Below, piece after piece: positions 12,105-26,438 of a stretch of DNA of 64,000 nucleotides. The notes beneath the pieces are model-generated. The model saw only the letters and a program-made list of their open reading frames with translations, had not been told where the DNA came from and ran no database searches. Source of the DNA: Octopus bimaculoides (Eukaryota); assembly GCF_001194135.2 (NCBI RefSeq), contig NC_068981.1, forward strand, positions 21,529,354 to 21,593,353, given 5' to 3'. Made by a program: the position numbers and the translations under genes. The stretch's first letter is position 1; every line of letters begins with the position of its first letter.

Positions 12105-14784
12105 GTGTAGATATTAATATTTATGTATGTATGTATGTATGCATGTATGTATGCATGTATGTATGTATGTGTTTATGATCTAATATGCTGCTGATACTTA
12201 CATCTTCATTTACTAAGATGGTGAAGAAATAAAATCAGGGTTGATAAGGGTTCTGTTCTCTATCATTGTTGCTTCTGCTTTTCACTGTATAACATTGCAC
12301 TGGATATTTAAAAACATTCTTTACTAAGAAAGTTTTGCTCGTAAATATTGCTGCTGCTGAAAACACTATTCCAACTTAATCCTAACTTCATAGATGTTTA
12401 ATATGGCATTCATAATTTTGTTGAGCTACATCATGTCATGCTAGCTCAGGCATGTGTCAAAACCACTTTCCTTCTATATATCACTTGCTATCATTAGTCA
12501 GTGAAAATTGATGATTTCTTCCCTCTATGAACAATATATTGTTCTCTCTATAGTCTCAACAATACTTACTCGTATCATCTCTAGTCTGATCAAAACTCTC
12601 TGCAGAGATACCCAGCTTTGCCCATGTCACATGGAATTGAAGAATTAGACTTTTATTTTATATTTTCTCTAATGAACTGGAATAGCTATGATTCGAATTT
12701 CATCAAAATTGCAGATTAAGGATTTTAATGAGGATTCTTTCCTTCTTTACATGCCCTAATAAAAATTCTAATCATGACATATTTATCCCATACTACTCAT
12801 CTTTATGCCCAGATTCTAAAATCAAAATCTTATGAAACCTATTGAAAGGTTTTTGCTCCTGCAAAATGGAGGACATGGAGCTCTAAAATGCGGAAGTTAA
12901 GGCCCTTATTGCATGTGGGTGGGGGGCATCTTAAAGTCAACCAGAGAAGTTGAATTGTTGGGAATCTTTTTTAACTTGGGTCTTATATTTATTGTTCAAA
13001 TTTCTTTGAAATCGGAAATATATGACTGTTCAATGGGTTTGTAAAAGAGAGCAAAGCTACAGTAAACCAAGAGATGAATGATCACAATAAGCAGTCAGCT
13101 ACCCTACCCTAGTTGTTACCACTCCCCAATGTAGGATTCCTCACCATACAGGTGACAGGCACAGCCGTAAGATCCATTATAGATCTATAGCAATTGGAAG
13201 GGCGTGACCCAACTGAAATATTAACAACTGTGTGACATGAGGGGTAAGGGGAAATGAAAGTATTGCCTCTGAAGTTTGCCAATCATCATTATGCCAATAG
13301 GTAACTAGACAGAATAAATTTGCAATCTATAAATCTCTTTGAATGACCAGTCATTTATTTGGGAAGGCCTTGAAATCAGTGTTACCGTCTGGGGACTATC
13401 TCTTACCCATTGATAATAAAAAGACTGAAAGGAGGTCTGCAACCAAATAACTTTACTCAAAATAACGCTTTCCAACTGGACCAATGCAGGCAAAGATGTC
13501 TCTCCTTTACTTGACAATTTATGCACCATATTGCAGAAATCACAATCTAAGTATATCTCAAAGCAAACTCAGTGTTGTACCATTGAATTATAAATAATGT
13601 TCATCTTGTATGCTCGAGTGACTCTACAGCTTCCAAGAGTACAATTGTATTCATTTTGGCTTAGGAAAAATGACTAAATTGTAAGGGTTAAGCCCCTATT
13701 AGGGTGTCTTACTAACTCTTAAGAAGCTGAAATTTTAGAAATATTACTTCATTTCTTTTTTTTTTGTTTAGTATCTATGGTTAAAATTTCATCAACAGCA
13801 AAAATAGATGAATTTTCATGGGGGTTATGACCTCATTTATGCCCCCTTCACTTTCAAACATATACTGCATTACATCAGGTGTTTGTAAACCGAGGTACTA
13901 CTGTATGAAATGAATATGAGAAAGACAGGAGATAAAGTACAATTTATCTGTAATCATATATATATACATATATAACAGAAATCTGTCTTGGTCTTAAAGA
14001 ATAACTTAAATGATGGCAACTGTTGTGCCCTTAAGGAATAATAATGTCAATGTCTTAGCAGTAGTTTAACTTAGTTTGCTATCTCTGTCTAAAACAAACA
14101 AATACTTTACAAAACAGGTTTTTTCCTAAACAAAGTTTTAACCGCTTATTAATATAAAGTCTTCTTAATTAAAACAGTATTTAACTCTTTGAAAATTTAC
14201 TGCTGTGTGGCTGAGTTTATCATTCTAATGTCCCCACCACTCATCTATAGAATAAGTTCAATTGCTTATTCATTTAAAATCTAAAATGTTATATATTCCC
14301 CATCCCTTCTTTTATGTTTTTAGAATCAGCAAGTTTGGAACAAAATATTTATATGTTGTTCTTTATTTTAATTACTTAATAGTTTTCAGGGATTGCTTTT
14401 TTTTTTCACTGGTAAAGTTTGAGGTTTTTATAGTTTAACCCATTTGTTACCATATTTCTGTTGAAATACACTGGCTTTTGTTTGAAATAATTTAGAAAAT
14501 AATGAAGAATTAGTTAAAATAAATTCTGCTTTTGTTAAACTGGTGTTTGGACTATAAAGTAACATGAAATTTTGAAGGAATATTTTAATTTAGATTTCTT
14601 TAAAACATGAATTTTTTTTTTTTATCAAAGAAGGAGAGGCAATCCCAGCCAGGTTGGTATCAAATGAGTTAAAGAAACATTTATAGAAATGTAGACAGTT
14701 TAAAACATTTGTAAAAATTTTAAAAAACTATTTCTTGTTTATTGTGAAAATTATTTTAAGATATAACTTTTAAAATGGTGCAAA

Positions 14785-15050
14785 TTGTTGCATGTACATA
14801 CCTCCAGTTGAAGTATGACCAGTTGCATGTACATAACTGTAGTGTAGCTACAGAAGGTGCAACCTGCATGTACATATCATCAGCTGTAGTGCAACCAGTT
14901 GAATGTTTATAACACCAGCAAACTGTTGCATATATATATAGCACTACCGCTAGTGCAGCCGCTTTCAGGTACTTGGCACCAACTGTAGTGCTGACTGCTG
15001 CATGTACATAACACGCATCAACTTTAGTGCAGTCAGTTGCATGTACCCAA
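14785..15050. repeat. Degenerate ~33-bp minisatellite
   Basis: Recurring gttgcatgtacata...tagtgca.cca units. Confidence 0.7.
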
Positions 15051-15123
15051 TATTTGTTCATTCACTTCCTTTTTATCTAGTTCTTTCTTTTCTCTCCACT
15101 TCACATGTTCTCCATTGTATGTT

Positions 15124-15186
<63 letters not shown>

Positions 15187-15232
15187 ATGTATATAACACT
15201 GTGTAACATGATTTTTGTCCTTGGGTAGCAAC

Positions 15233-15599
15233 TGTTATTTCCTATTTGCTTACCCCTAGAAAGTGTGAAAAATGGCTAATATTTCCTTCAGAATTTGCTT
15301 TTGATACATTTATTCAAACCCCATAGAATTCCTTTCAACACCTGTCTATGATACTCCACTACTACTTCTGCTCATGATCAGAGATGCACATATTGTCAGC
15401 CACTAAAGAACATGCTCAAGTAGTTAAGGTCAAGCAACTGACAAGTAAATCTATGGTATTGAGCAGAACATTTGCTACAACGATATTTCTGCTTCAACAA
15501 CTCAGTGCTGAATCTGATGTCCAGGTCACAAAAGCAAAGTTTGAAGGGAATAATAGTCATTTCCTTTGATTTCTAGATAGAAGCAAATAGGAAATAACA
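15233..15599. mobile_element. MITE-like element with ~30-bp TIRs
   Basis: tgttatttcctatttgctt..ctagaaa and tttctag..aagcaaataggaaataaca; no clear TSD seen. Confidence 0.65.
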
Positions 15600-16051
15600 C
15601 TTACTGACCAAAGATAAGAAAAGCAAACATTTTGTTACACAGTGTAATCAGTCAGTGAATCATTAACTGTTTACCTATAAATATAGACTCGATAGACTAT
15701 ATTAAGTGCTCTTTTCTATGTGCTTACATAAATCCATGTGTGTGCGAGTGTGTACACATATATGAACAGAAAACATGACTGATATTTTATGCTTTATGTA
15801 ATGTACTTCTACTTCAGTGAGCTGAGCATTTTTAATGATAATGCTGATAAAGTGAGCCGGCTGTGTTGTGTTGCATTATAGGGCCTACTGGCTTGCCAAA
15901 ACACATGTACCAGTCCTCTTGTCCCGTCTCTATGCATACATGGACTCCACATACTAGTCTATCTGGAGTTATGATGGATGCCCAGACCTTCTGGTAGTGT
16001 GTCAGACCTTTCAACACACCTTTTAAAGTGTACTCTCTCTCTCTCTTTCTG

Positions 16052-16084
<33 letters not shown>

Positions 16085-16588
16085 AAATTGGAAATGTAAA
16101 AATAAAAAACAAAACACAAAGGATTCTGTGGTACATGTGTTTCAAGCTTTATAGTTGTTGCATCATTATTGGTATATAATTGATAGTATAAAGCTATCTT
16201 CAGCCGCAAATGTATTCTTTCCCAAGAATTATATCACAAAGAAGTTAAAGGAGGATATATNNNNNNNNNNNNNNNNNNNNNNNNNNNNNNNNNNNNNNNN
16301 NNNNNNNNNNNNNNNNNNNNNNNNNNNNNNNNNNNNNNNNNNNNNNNNNNNNNNNNNNNNNNNNNNNNNNNNNNNNNNNNNNNNNNNNNNNNNNNNNNNN
16401 NNNNNNNNNNNNNNNNNNNNNNNNNNNNNNNNNNNNNNNNNNNNNNNNNATATATATATATATATATATATATACCATAATCAGCCATCAGTTTCAAGGT
16501 AGCTCTGACTGTCAGTGTGTCACTGCAGCCCCTGCATCATCTCCAGGTGCCTCTGTTTCATAGATAGACATCTCCAGATATCAGTATT

Positions 16589-16629
<41 letters not shown>

Positions 16630-16889
16630 ATGTTTCTTTATTGCGTCTTTGTAGGAGAGTGGAAGTGTTGATCAGTGTCAATCGATAATCAGGTGCTGAA
16701 ATGATAGTAATTGGCACAATTGGATATAACTTTTCCATTTATTGTACATGTCAAGATTGCATGGATCTAGCTCTTTTGGCTGTTGGTAAGACTAGCTTTA
16801 TGTAGAATGATGGTGTCTGGTAATCCTATTATGTCGACCCTTCACTGACTGGACTCAAGTGATGAGATTGATGTGGTTAGTGTTCACTT

Positions 16890-17360
16890 GAGCACCTCTA
16901 GATTGACTATGATGAAGAAATTACTCAAAAGAATAAATAAGGTTTAAACTGCACTAATAAGAATGAAAAAGATCCTCATCTCAAAAGACATAACGCTACA
17001 CCTAAGATTGAGGCTAGTAAACTATTATATTATGCCAGTAGTCATGTCAGCTGTCATGTACACACAGCAATGGAAAAGAAGATATGAAACAAAGAAGATA
17101 TGGATCTTTTGCAGATTGGGCAGCACAGTAAGCTGGAAAGTCAGGCTAACAAACCTGCAGTACAAGAAAAGCTCAAGTCCACAAAGCCATCATATTTTGG
17201 ATATACAATGTGCCAAGACCATCCTGAAAGGGAAGAGAGCAAGAGGTCATCAAAGATGATTGTAGTCTGATGATGTCAAAGAATGGACTGGAAACATGAG
17301 TGTAGCTGACTGTGTGCTTGCAGTACAATACAGAGGTAACTGGAGAGTGTTTGCAAGCCA
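16890..17360 (+). mobile_element. RTE LINE, degraded ORF2 C-terminal fragment
   Basis: MKKILISKDITLHLRLRLVNYYIMPV...SWKVRLTN...ILKGKRARGHQR..W.DDVKEWTG pattern. Confidence 0.8.
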
Positions 17361-17439
17361 ATCCCTGGACATAGAAGGGCACTTGGCTGATAAGGTTAAC
17401 ATCTGCATGAAAAAAAAATGAATTTAGGAAAGAGAATTC

Positions 17440-17830
17440 CATGGGATTACAGTTTAGGAATTATGGATCTTGGTGATGAGACACAGTAGAAGCAATGAGA
17501 GGAGAGAAAAGAGATTCAGGTGGGCCAGGTTGGTGTTGGTAAGGATATGTAGTTAACTAGTTCAGAAGCGCAGAGGCAGGCCATTATAATATTAGGAGGA
17601 TGAATACAGGACATTTCTGTGCTAGCGCAACAGAAACAGGTATGTTAGTTGTAATATAACATGGAATGGATCTTGCTTCAGTTTTGTAGAATCAGCAGCT
17701 GTTAAAGAAAGGCAAGTCTTTGAGATGGAGTTTTGGCAATATTGTGTGTGTATTGTTTCAAGTGGTGTACAGATTTTGCATATTAAGAAAAAAGGCAGTA
17801 GTTAGAATTTTGAATGGTTATTTATTTAGC
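17440..17830 (-). mobile_element. Degraded CR1/L2-like LINE fragment
   Basis: Weak translation including a YYNGL segment; resembles the remnant at 48800-49190. Confidence 0.4.
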
Positions 17831-17884
17831 ACTTTCATTTTGTTTTGGAGTGTCATGAGAACTGATATTACAGAAAATGTATGC

Positions 17885-17961
<77 letters not shown>

Positions 17962-17994
17962 ATACCAACAGCTCCATAAAGAAGTGTCAATTTC

Positions 17995-18405
17995 TCAAAG
18001 TGGATGGAACTTGTAGAAGAGGGAAACCCTGGAAGACATGAGATGAAGTACCAAAGGACAAACTCAGGATGCTGAGCCTTTCAGATGAGATGACAAAGAA
18101 CTGAGATACCTGGCACCTTGCTGTACTCAAGAAAACTTGTCCTCCACAGCAGAAGTGTTAAGGCTATGCCCCCTGGATTGGCCTGTAAGAGTCCTGTACC
18201 AGTACCATGTAAAAACTACTCCTGCCAGCACCATGTAAAAGCACTCATGCTAGTGCCACATTAAAAGCACTCAGCACACTTTGTAAAGTGGTTGACATTA
18301 GGAAGGACTGGAACCTGGTGCAGATCTCCAGCCTGCCAGCTCTGGTCAAACCATCAAACCCATGCCAGCCTGGAAAATGGACGTTAAAGGATGATGGTGA
18401 TGATG
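17995..18405 (+). mobile_element. RTE LINE 3' end with 3' UTR and (GAT)n tail
   Basis: GTCRRGKPWKT.DEV...TWHLAVLKK followed by cccatgccagc..gaaaatggacgttaaa(gat)n. Confidence 0.8.
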
Positions 18406-18659
18406 TGTGTGCTAACTGAAAAACGTCTGGCGTTGAATAGGGAAGAATGTGTATGTGTGTATGCATGTGCATATGTAGAAGTAAATGCACACACACATTC
18501 AAATATTATCTTTAATCATGAGGCATGTTTTGTTATCTTGCTTATAAGTTTTCCTGCTGGCCACACAACAGTTGGAAGTGAGACAATTGTCCGTCTCTTC
18601 AGAGGAAGAAACAGATTATTGAATTTCTATAATTTTGCATTATAAGTGAGTTTTTTTTT

Positions 18660-18900
18660 TGTTCTATATGCTGATGACCTGCTTCTCATGGCTGTATTTG
18701 TCAAACATTTAGAGAAAAAGCTTCCAAATATGGAAGTAAAGTCTAAAATCAACAGGCCTCAAAATATAACTATGTAAACAAAAGTTTTAGTTTGCAGCAA
18801 ATTATACTGCCATTTAGGAAATGGCTGTACTAAATATGCAGACAATGGATGAATAAGAATTTCATATAATGTAACCAGTTAAACTATGAATGTACAAGAT
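18660..18900 (+). mobile_element. RTE RT fragment
   Basis: LYADDLLLMA...LEKK translation. Confidence 0.7.
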
Positions 18901-19236
18901 GTGTTGTGGAATTATGGAGAGTCTGGTAGAAGGAAGACTTTCTATGTAGCAGACACAAAGAAAATTACTTGCAGTAGGAGCATCCAGGAAATAACTTTCA
19001 GATGCTCAGAATGTTCATAACTTTTGTTACCTAGTTAATATCTTTTCAGTGGAAGTGAGGGTTCAGAAAACATAATAGCCTGAGCACAGAAGTATTAAAT
19101 GTTCAGGAAGCTATTATTCCTGTTTATAAAGGGATTACTCTCTCTCTCTCTCTCTCTCTGAGTGAAGGATAGGTTATAAAATGCTTGCAATATAAAGTGA
19201 GATTTTGCATGATAGTGAAGCATATGTATTGAATTA

Positions 19237-20153
19237 CTAGCTGACGTACCCGGTAATTCTCGGGAAAGTGGGGCTTATCCCTTGGTTCCATTCTCATAAT
19301 TGTTTCGCTAATCCAATAACAACAATGCAAAGTATGTAGCCCTTAAAACAGTTTTTTCACATTTACAGAGAATACTGAACTGTCTTACACAGGATCTTGT
19401 TTTTAGGAATTCCCAATAAGTTATGAATACCCAAATTGTGAAGTCAGTTATGTAATAATATGAAATTAGTTACCAGATAGTAAGAATTCAAATAAAGTAG
19501 CCCCAAAAAGGGCTTTAATGCATTCCCAGAGTATATAGAACATAGGAAGAAATACTAATAAGGTGTGTATACGAAAATTGTGAAGCATGTTACGTAATAA
19601 CAGACTAATTAGATATGAGATAATAACAATTCAAAGTAAATAACTCTGAAAAGAGCTTTTGTGCGTTCCCAGAGAATATTACCCTCAGGGGCGCTAATGT
19701 TGGTATATTCGTGAATAAGTCACTAACCGAAATAAGTGGATCTATTGTTTAGGAAAATACTATTTACTTGTTTAAAGGTTGTACAGGATAAATTGTGAAA
19801 ATAACTCTAACAGTTCAAATACTATGAAATAAGCATACTCAATTTCATTTTTACCAAATAATTTAGGAAAACGAATGGGTTATTTCCCTTGACTATATAT
19901 AAGGATCCCTTTCAGGGGCGAATGGGTTTTTTCCCTTGGTTTTTAAAATAAAATATATTAGATATATATAAGGATCCCTTCCAGGGGCCCTATTATCGAA
20001 TTTTTTCCCCAATCTGAGTATGCCATGAGGTTTCCAGACATGAGTTCTACTCACGTGTCAAGTTTCATCAAAACTGATAAAACGACGTAGGAGGAGTTAG
20101 CTAACAATTCCACAAACACACTTACAGACAGAATTTCCCACATATGTAGTAGA
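19237..20153 (-). mobile_element. Non-autonomous Helitron
   Basis: On the - strand: A|TC 5' end, subterminal hairpin cccgagaattaccggg, CTAG|T 3' end, no TSD. Confidence 0.85.
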
Positions 20154-20559
20154 TAAGGAATAGCAAAAGCTGAAAAGAAATGAGGTCATGATACTTTGCT
20201 GGTTGTGTAGCATTAGTATAGCATTAACAACAGAGCAAAACTTAGCAGTGAGTCAAATTTGATATAAGATTAATCTGATGTGGTGTACAAGTGGACAATT
20301 TCACTGGTACAGACATATGATATACATGGTGGATAACAGTAGGGTCGAGGAATGCTTAGCAATCCAGGTGGATGAAACCTGTGGGAGAGAAAGGACGTGA
20401 GAAAAAGTAGAAAAAGCTGACCTTAAGAGTAAGTCTCACAAAGTAGATGATTTATGCTTGTGACTAGTGATAAGACACTGTGCTAAAGAAGATGAGCTTG
20501 TGCAAGCATAGAAAAAGGGATTTATAAAATGATGATAACATCAGTTCTTTTAATACTAA

Positions 20560-20880
20560 CTTCTCCTACACATCTATTCCATACAAGTCCTTCATCTCTA
20601 CCAACCTGCCTGTGATTACACTGCACCTCTTGTTCACCCATGGTTTACATTGGGTACTCAGTATGGAATTTCTCCCTCATCCTTTTTTGTATATTAACCA
20701 TGCCTATATCCTGCATGGTACAACTGTCCTGTCTTATTTCTGGCTAAAACATTTATCTTTGCTAGGTTTACTTTAAGACCTCTCATTTGCAGGCTTCTGT
20801 TTGGAATTTCTTCTCAAATTCTTCAGCTTTGAGAACTAAGGGATCAGCATAATGAAGTCCCCATGGACAGCTGGTTTTAT
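20560..20880 (-). mobile_element. Degraded RTE RT fragment
   Basis: Reverse strand gives a degenerate YAD-LVL..AEEFEKKFQ...LKVNLAK pattern. Confidence 0.6.
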
Positions 20881-22167
20881 ACTCTTCTGTAATTGTCTGA
20901 AATACTTTCATAAACTGGATGGAGGTTGAGAACTAAGCCCCCATAGAAACTTACATGCAATTGTGTAAAGTCCTTATTGTAAGAATGTGAAATACGAGAG
21001 GTTAATTTAGAAAGTAATTCTTGTCATCACCACCAGTGGAAGAAGCAGGTTAAGAAAGGAGAGGGTATTTTCAAAAAATTTTTAAAAAAACACTTTTCAT
21101 GCAGATTTGAAGCAAGCTGTTCAAAAAATACATTTCCAGCGTAATGCATAGGGGAAGTTTGGTCTACAATATTTGTGGACACGTCTGTTTATCAAGTGCC
21201 AGGCTCAGTCCCCTGCAGAACCACAAGTGTAAAGTATATTTTTGTTTCAGCTCACAATGTCCTTAATGGTCAATGATGGTCTTCCTCAGTCGCAAATGGA
21301 CAGCAATCATATATATATATGCATACATATCTTTCTATTTGTACCTGTGTTAATATTACTGTAGATATATAGTTTTCTTGGCAGTGGTAGATAAATATCT
21401 GTCAATAAACATATGTAATTTCTCTCAGTCTTATCCACAGATCATATTATTTATCATAATACTATGTTTTATCATGCTATTTTAGATTTCATTGCATGTT
21501 TAGTATATAGGCATTTTTTTAATGCATCACTCTGTATCTGTGTGCTTTTTTTGTGGAAATGTCTGTATTTTTGCCTCATATTTCATTTTTTTACTTAATG
21601 GAAAATCTGAAGCTTCAATTTAAAAATGTGATTCTCTTTCAGAAATAATTAAAGCCAAAATGTATTTTTAAAAAAAAGGATGGACCATAATTTATGGGTA
21701 AAAATTGTAATTTTGACTGGGTATTACATAAGCATGTAATATACCATATAAGCTTGTAAGATAAGTATATACTTATCATATAAGTATATAATAGCAGTTT
21801 TAATTAATCTTTGAAAATTAAATATGACAATACAATATATGAATATTTTATATCTAGGTTGGATCTAAACATTATAATCCATTGTCATTACAGAACTCAT
21901 CATCATTGTTTTCAACATCATCCCCATTATCATTCTTATGTCTACTTTTTTTCCAAACTGGCATGGGTTGGACAAGACATCTTGGGGAAGTATACTAAGT
22001 GTGGATGGACACCATTCCTTACACAAACCCTCATGTTTCAAGCAAAGTACTTCATTCTACATCTTTGCACTTTGAGCTGCTGGATGCTTTGTTTATGTCG
22101 AAAATAAACGTTTGCATTGCTGTACAAGCAGTGTCATTACAAAAGTCATACAGACAAAAACAAATAT

Positions 22168-22222
<55 letters not shown>

Positions 22223-22474
22223 CACATGCACATGTGTGTGAATAAGTATATATATATTTTTTTATTTAGCTTGTAATGCTACACATGCACTCACACATAC
22301 ACGTAGCATTTTATTTAGCTATAGTCTACATAAGTATGCTTTTTTCTTTTTATTTAGTTGTAACCTACATATATATCTTTATTCATCTGTAAAGCTGCAT
22401 ATGTATATAGCTTTCTATCAATTTGTAAGCTATTTAAATATATTAGCTTAGAGCTGATAAAATATATACGTGAC

Positions 22475-22632
22475 AGGCTTCAAAACAATTTCTATCTACT
22501 GAATTTCACTCATAGAACATTGGTCGGCTTGGAGCTTTCGTAGAAGACACTTACCCCAGATGCCAAGTAATGGAATTGAACCTGAAACCACATGGTCACA
22601 AAATGAACTTCTTAAATGCATAGTCATACCAA
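22475..22632 (-). mobile_element. tRNA-derived SINE family A, 5' part
   Basis: Reverse complement of the head seen intact at 62905. Confidence 0.75.
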
Positions 22633-22678
22633 CAATAAAAAAGTATTATAATCTGCTGTCACTAAGGAGGAAGCAAGT

Positions 22679-23500
22679 ATACAAGGTGTATTCCAGAAGT
22701 TCTGAGACATCTCAGGAGAGGCATTTAGTAATGTCAAAAAGTACAAAATTCTAATCTCCTTTGAAGTAGGCCCCTCTGACTTCAATGCACTTGTTGAAAT
22801 ACTTCAACCATTTTGTGAAGACCCCCATGGAAGTCCTCCAAAGTGAAGGTGTCCAGGACCCTTGTCACTGCCTCTTTCATCTTCAAAATGCCTGGCCCTG
22901 TGGTTCTTTTTCAGCTACAGGAACAACCAAAGGTCTTAAAATGCATGGTCTGGAGTTTAAGGCAGATAAAGGACAGTTTTGCTGCCCATTTCTGTCAAGT
23001 AATTGCTTACCAGGATGCTTGTCACTGAGCACCCTAAGAACAAACTTGGCACAAATTTTGTGCATGTTCAGATCTTCATGAATAATTCTGTGTACAGTTG
23101 CCACATCAATTCCAAACTGCTTATTGTCTTTATAGAAACTGAGGGTCTTCATTAAGAAAATTGCAAATTTTCTCAAACATTTCTGATATTCTGACACCTC
23201 ATCATTTCTCACCTCTTCTCTACTGTCTTTTAACCTCTTGTGCCAGCAAAAGAAGTTAATCCATGCCCAGTCTGGAGCAATTCATAAGTTTCAGTTTAAC
23301 ACAATTCATAAGTTTCAGTTTAACACAATTCATAAGTTTCACTTTAACACAGAACTTCATTGCATAGCAAGCTTCCAAACATGGCTTCATTCTGCAAACT
23401 ACTTGGTTGTTACTAGTTTTAGTAAACACTGCTGTGATAAACGGTGTTAAGTTGAGTGTATTCAGAGTGCTGTTAGAGCCATTGTTTTCAATCTGGAATA
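22679..23500 (-). mobile_element. Internally deleted mariner element
   Basis: GIDVATVHRIIHEDLNMHKICAKFVLRVLS (HTH/linker) is fused to a degenerate YSPD..DLWLF..LK C-terminus; TIR-like tacaaggtgtattccagaag at 22679; three copies of a 24-bp repeat at ~23277-23350. Confidence 0.8.
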
Positions 23501-24260
23501 ACAAAAATTACCTGGTCATCTTATTAGATATACAGTAATAATATATTAAAGTTACAATAATCTAGAACAGTTAGCCTCTGCTAAAAAGTCTCAAAACATT
23601 TTGTAAGTTTCATGGAGCTGGCCAGACAAACTTGTTCTGACTTGTTCAACTCTTTATTCCTATACACTCCTGAAAATCATTTCTATTTTGTCTAGAACAG
23701 TGATATGATACTAGCATTCTCTCACCTGATATTTATCTTATTTCCTCTATTTCAAGGTATTTGATGCATAGCTTACTGATAAAATATAATTTTGTCTTGC
23801 CTTTGAAAAATCTTTTGTTTTCTAAACTCAGATGTATCGAAATGAAAATGTTAATTTATTTGATTAAATATTGAAAGCCTGTAAGAGAAAATGCTTAATT
23901 AGTAACTAACATTAATAGGAAGAACTGGTACTGATTTACATAATCTTCTAGACTCCTTTTTTTATGCATAATCTTTTGTATTAACTGCAGCAAAGCAAAC
24001 AGGATATCATCGTTACAGTTGATTCCTTAAAACTTCAAACGTTTTAAGTATCACATTTTGTTAGTATCATATTCTATATCTTCACCCAAACATTTTGCTC
24101 ATCATACTTTGTATACAATCATTTCCAGTTTTGGAACAATCTAAATATTGAATCTTCTTCCAGCCTCAAAACAAAACATAACCAATCTTTCCACAATGGC
24201 ATTTTTAGAAAGGGAAGAAACTGGCAAACTACTTTGAAATTTTATCTTATATTATGTGTT

Positions 24261-24600
24261 AGAGTGGCTCTGTGGTAAGAAGTTTGCTTCTCTGTCACAT
24301 GATTTCAGGTCCAGTTCCACTGTATGGCACCTTGGGCAAGTGTCTTCTACTATAGCCTCAGACTAACCAAAGCCTTGTGAGTGGATTTGGTCAACTAAAA
24401 CTAAAAGAAGCTTGTTGTACATATGTGTATATATGTGTGTGTGTGTATGCATGTGTCTTTGTATCTGTATTTATAGCCCTCACCACCACTTGACAATTGG
24501 TGTTTGTGTGGTTACATCCCCTTAACTTAGCAGTTCACAAAAGACTGATAAAATAAGTGCCTGAATAACAAAAATGATAAAGTACTGGAGTTGACTTAGG
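24261..24600 (+). mobile_element. tRNA-derived SINE family A
   Basis: gtggctctgtggtaagaag...ggcaccttgggcaagtgtcttctactatagcc core. Confidence 0.85.
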
Positions 24601-24778
24601 TTAACTTAGTCTTTTATCTTTGTGGAGTTAATAAAATAAAATACCCGTTCAATAGCGTAACTGATTTTATCAACTATTGAAATTTATGACCTTGTACCTG
24701 TTAGAAATCATTGCTTCCATAAGACTCAGTAATAATACTTTTATCACCATTCCTTTAACAATATTAGATTATTATAAA

Positions 24779-24990
24779 GGCAGCGAGCTGGCAGAAACAT
24801 TAGCATGCCAGGTGAAATGTTTAGCAATATTTCATCTGTCTTTACGTTCTGAGTTCAAATTCCACTGAGGTCAACTTTGCCTTTCATCCTTTTGGAGTCG
24901 ATAAATTAAGTACCAGTTGCGTACTGGGGTTGATCTAATCAACTGGCCCCCTCTTCCAAAATTTCGGGCCTTGTGCCTAGAGTAGAAAAG
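24779..24990 (+). mobile_element. tRNA-derived SINE family B
   Basis: Near-identical to the copy at 63609-63820. Confidence 0.9.
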
Positions 24991-26322
24991 GATATTAAAT
25001 TATTATAGATTTTACCCTTTTTTACACTTGTTTCTGTCATTGGACTGTGACCATGCTGGAGCACTGCCTTGGTGGGTTCAGTTGAACAAGTTGACCTTAG
25101 AACTTATTTTAAATTTGGTATTTACTCTATCGATCTCTTTTGCTGAACCACCAAGTTACAGGAATGTAAAAGACCAACACCAGTTGTCCAGTAAGTGGTG
25201 GGGAATAAACACAAAGACACACATACATATATGCATTTATAGATAGATAGATAGACAGACAGACACAGTGGGGTTCCATACAATTTCTGTCTTTCAAATT
25301 TACTCACATGACATTGGTCAACCAAGGGCTATAGTGGAAAACACTTGCCTAAGGTGGGACTAAATTTGCAACCATGTGGTTACAAAGTACATTTCTTAAC
25401 TACACAGCCATATGCAAATAAAGATGTATTTTTAGGAATCTGTTTAACTTCCACAGATTAATTGGAAAGCTAATTATTCCCTAGATTTCTCTCAATGAAG
25501 TTCTTAGAATATTTGTGAAGCTTATAAGATCTTTTCATAGTTTTTTATGTCACTTGCTTCCTACTAGACTGTCAAACCTTGTGCCATTTTTTAATGTACA
25601 ACAGTTTTTCTGAAGCTCAGAAAGTTATTTGATAAACATAGTATCATAATGTGTACTGTACCAAGAACATTATAGAGTCTGTTGAGAATGCATCTCAGTG
25701 GCTCTGGCTGAAAAAGGAGGATCACTGAGGTCATAAGAATAACTCTCAGATACAGGCTTGGGCTCGGTCGACCTAAGCTGGGTTGCTTGGATGAGGGTGT
25801 ATATTATAAGACTTGAAGCACCCATTGACCCCAAAATACAGCACTGACAATGTGTCCCAAATATTTCGTTTATAGATGTTTGATGAATTATGTCTCCATT
25901 ATGATTTCCATTATTTTTTTCATTCAGAGAAACTGATTTTTGTAAAACCAGAAAGAGATTTAAATATGAACTTTGTTTACTAGCTAAAATATGATAGTTA
26001 TTTGTGATGATATACATGATATATATATTTACAGGTGTGTTGTTGTGTATGTTGAAGAGTATTGTGTTGAAAGATTTAATGATTTAACGCATAAGGATAA
26101 CATCAAAATTGTGTGAGGATGTATATTATACACAGGTGTCTTTATGCTTATATATACACACATACATCTATATATATATATATATATAATTAAAATAGTA
26201 GGGTAAAGATTGGATATTAATTAATATCAATTTAATACCAGGAAACCAGAACATTAAAAGAATCAGAAGATTCAGAAAAAAATTTTCTGAGATCTCAAAA
26301 GGATTATTGTATATGTATATAT

Positions 26323-26438
26323 AAAAGAGAGACCACTAAGTGGACTGTTAATATGCTAGAAGAAGATCACTTTTTCTTTGAAAACTATTCGGTGATCTTC
26401 TTCTAGCACATTAGCAGTCCACTTTGTGGTCTCTTTTT
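26323..26438. repeat. Hairpin with ~47-bp arms and 21-nt loop
   Basis: agagaccactaagtggactgttaatatgctagaagaagatcac / gtgatcttcttctagcacattagcagtccactttgtggtctct. Confidence 0.9.
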
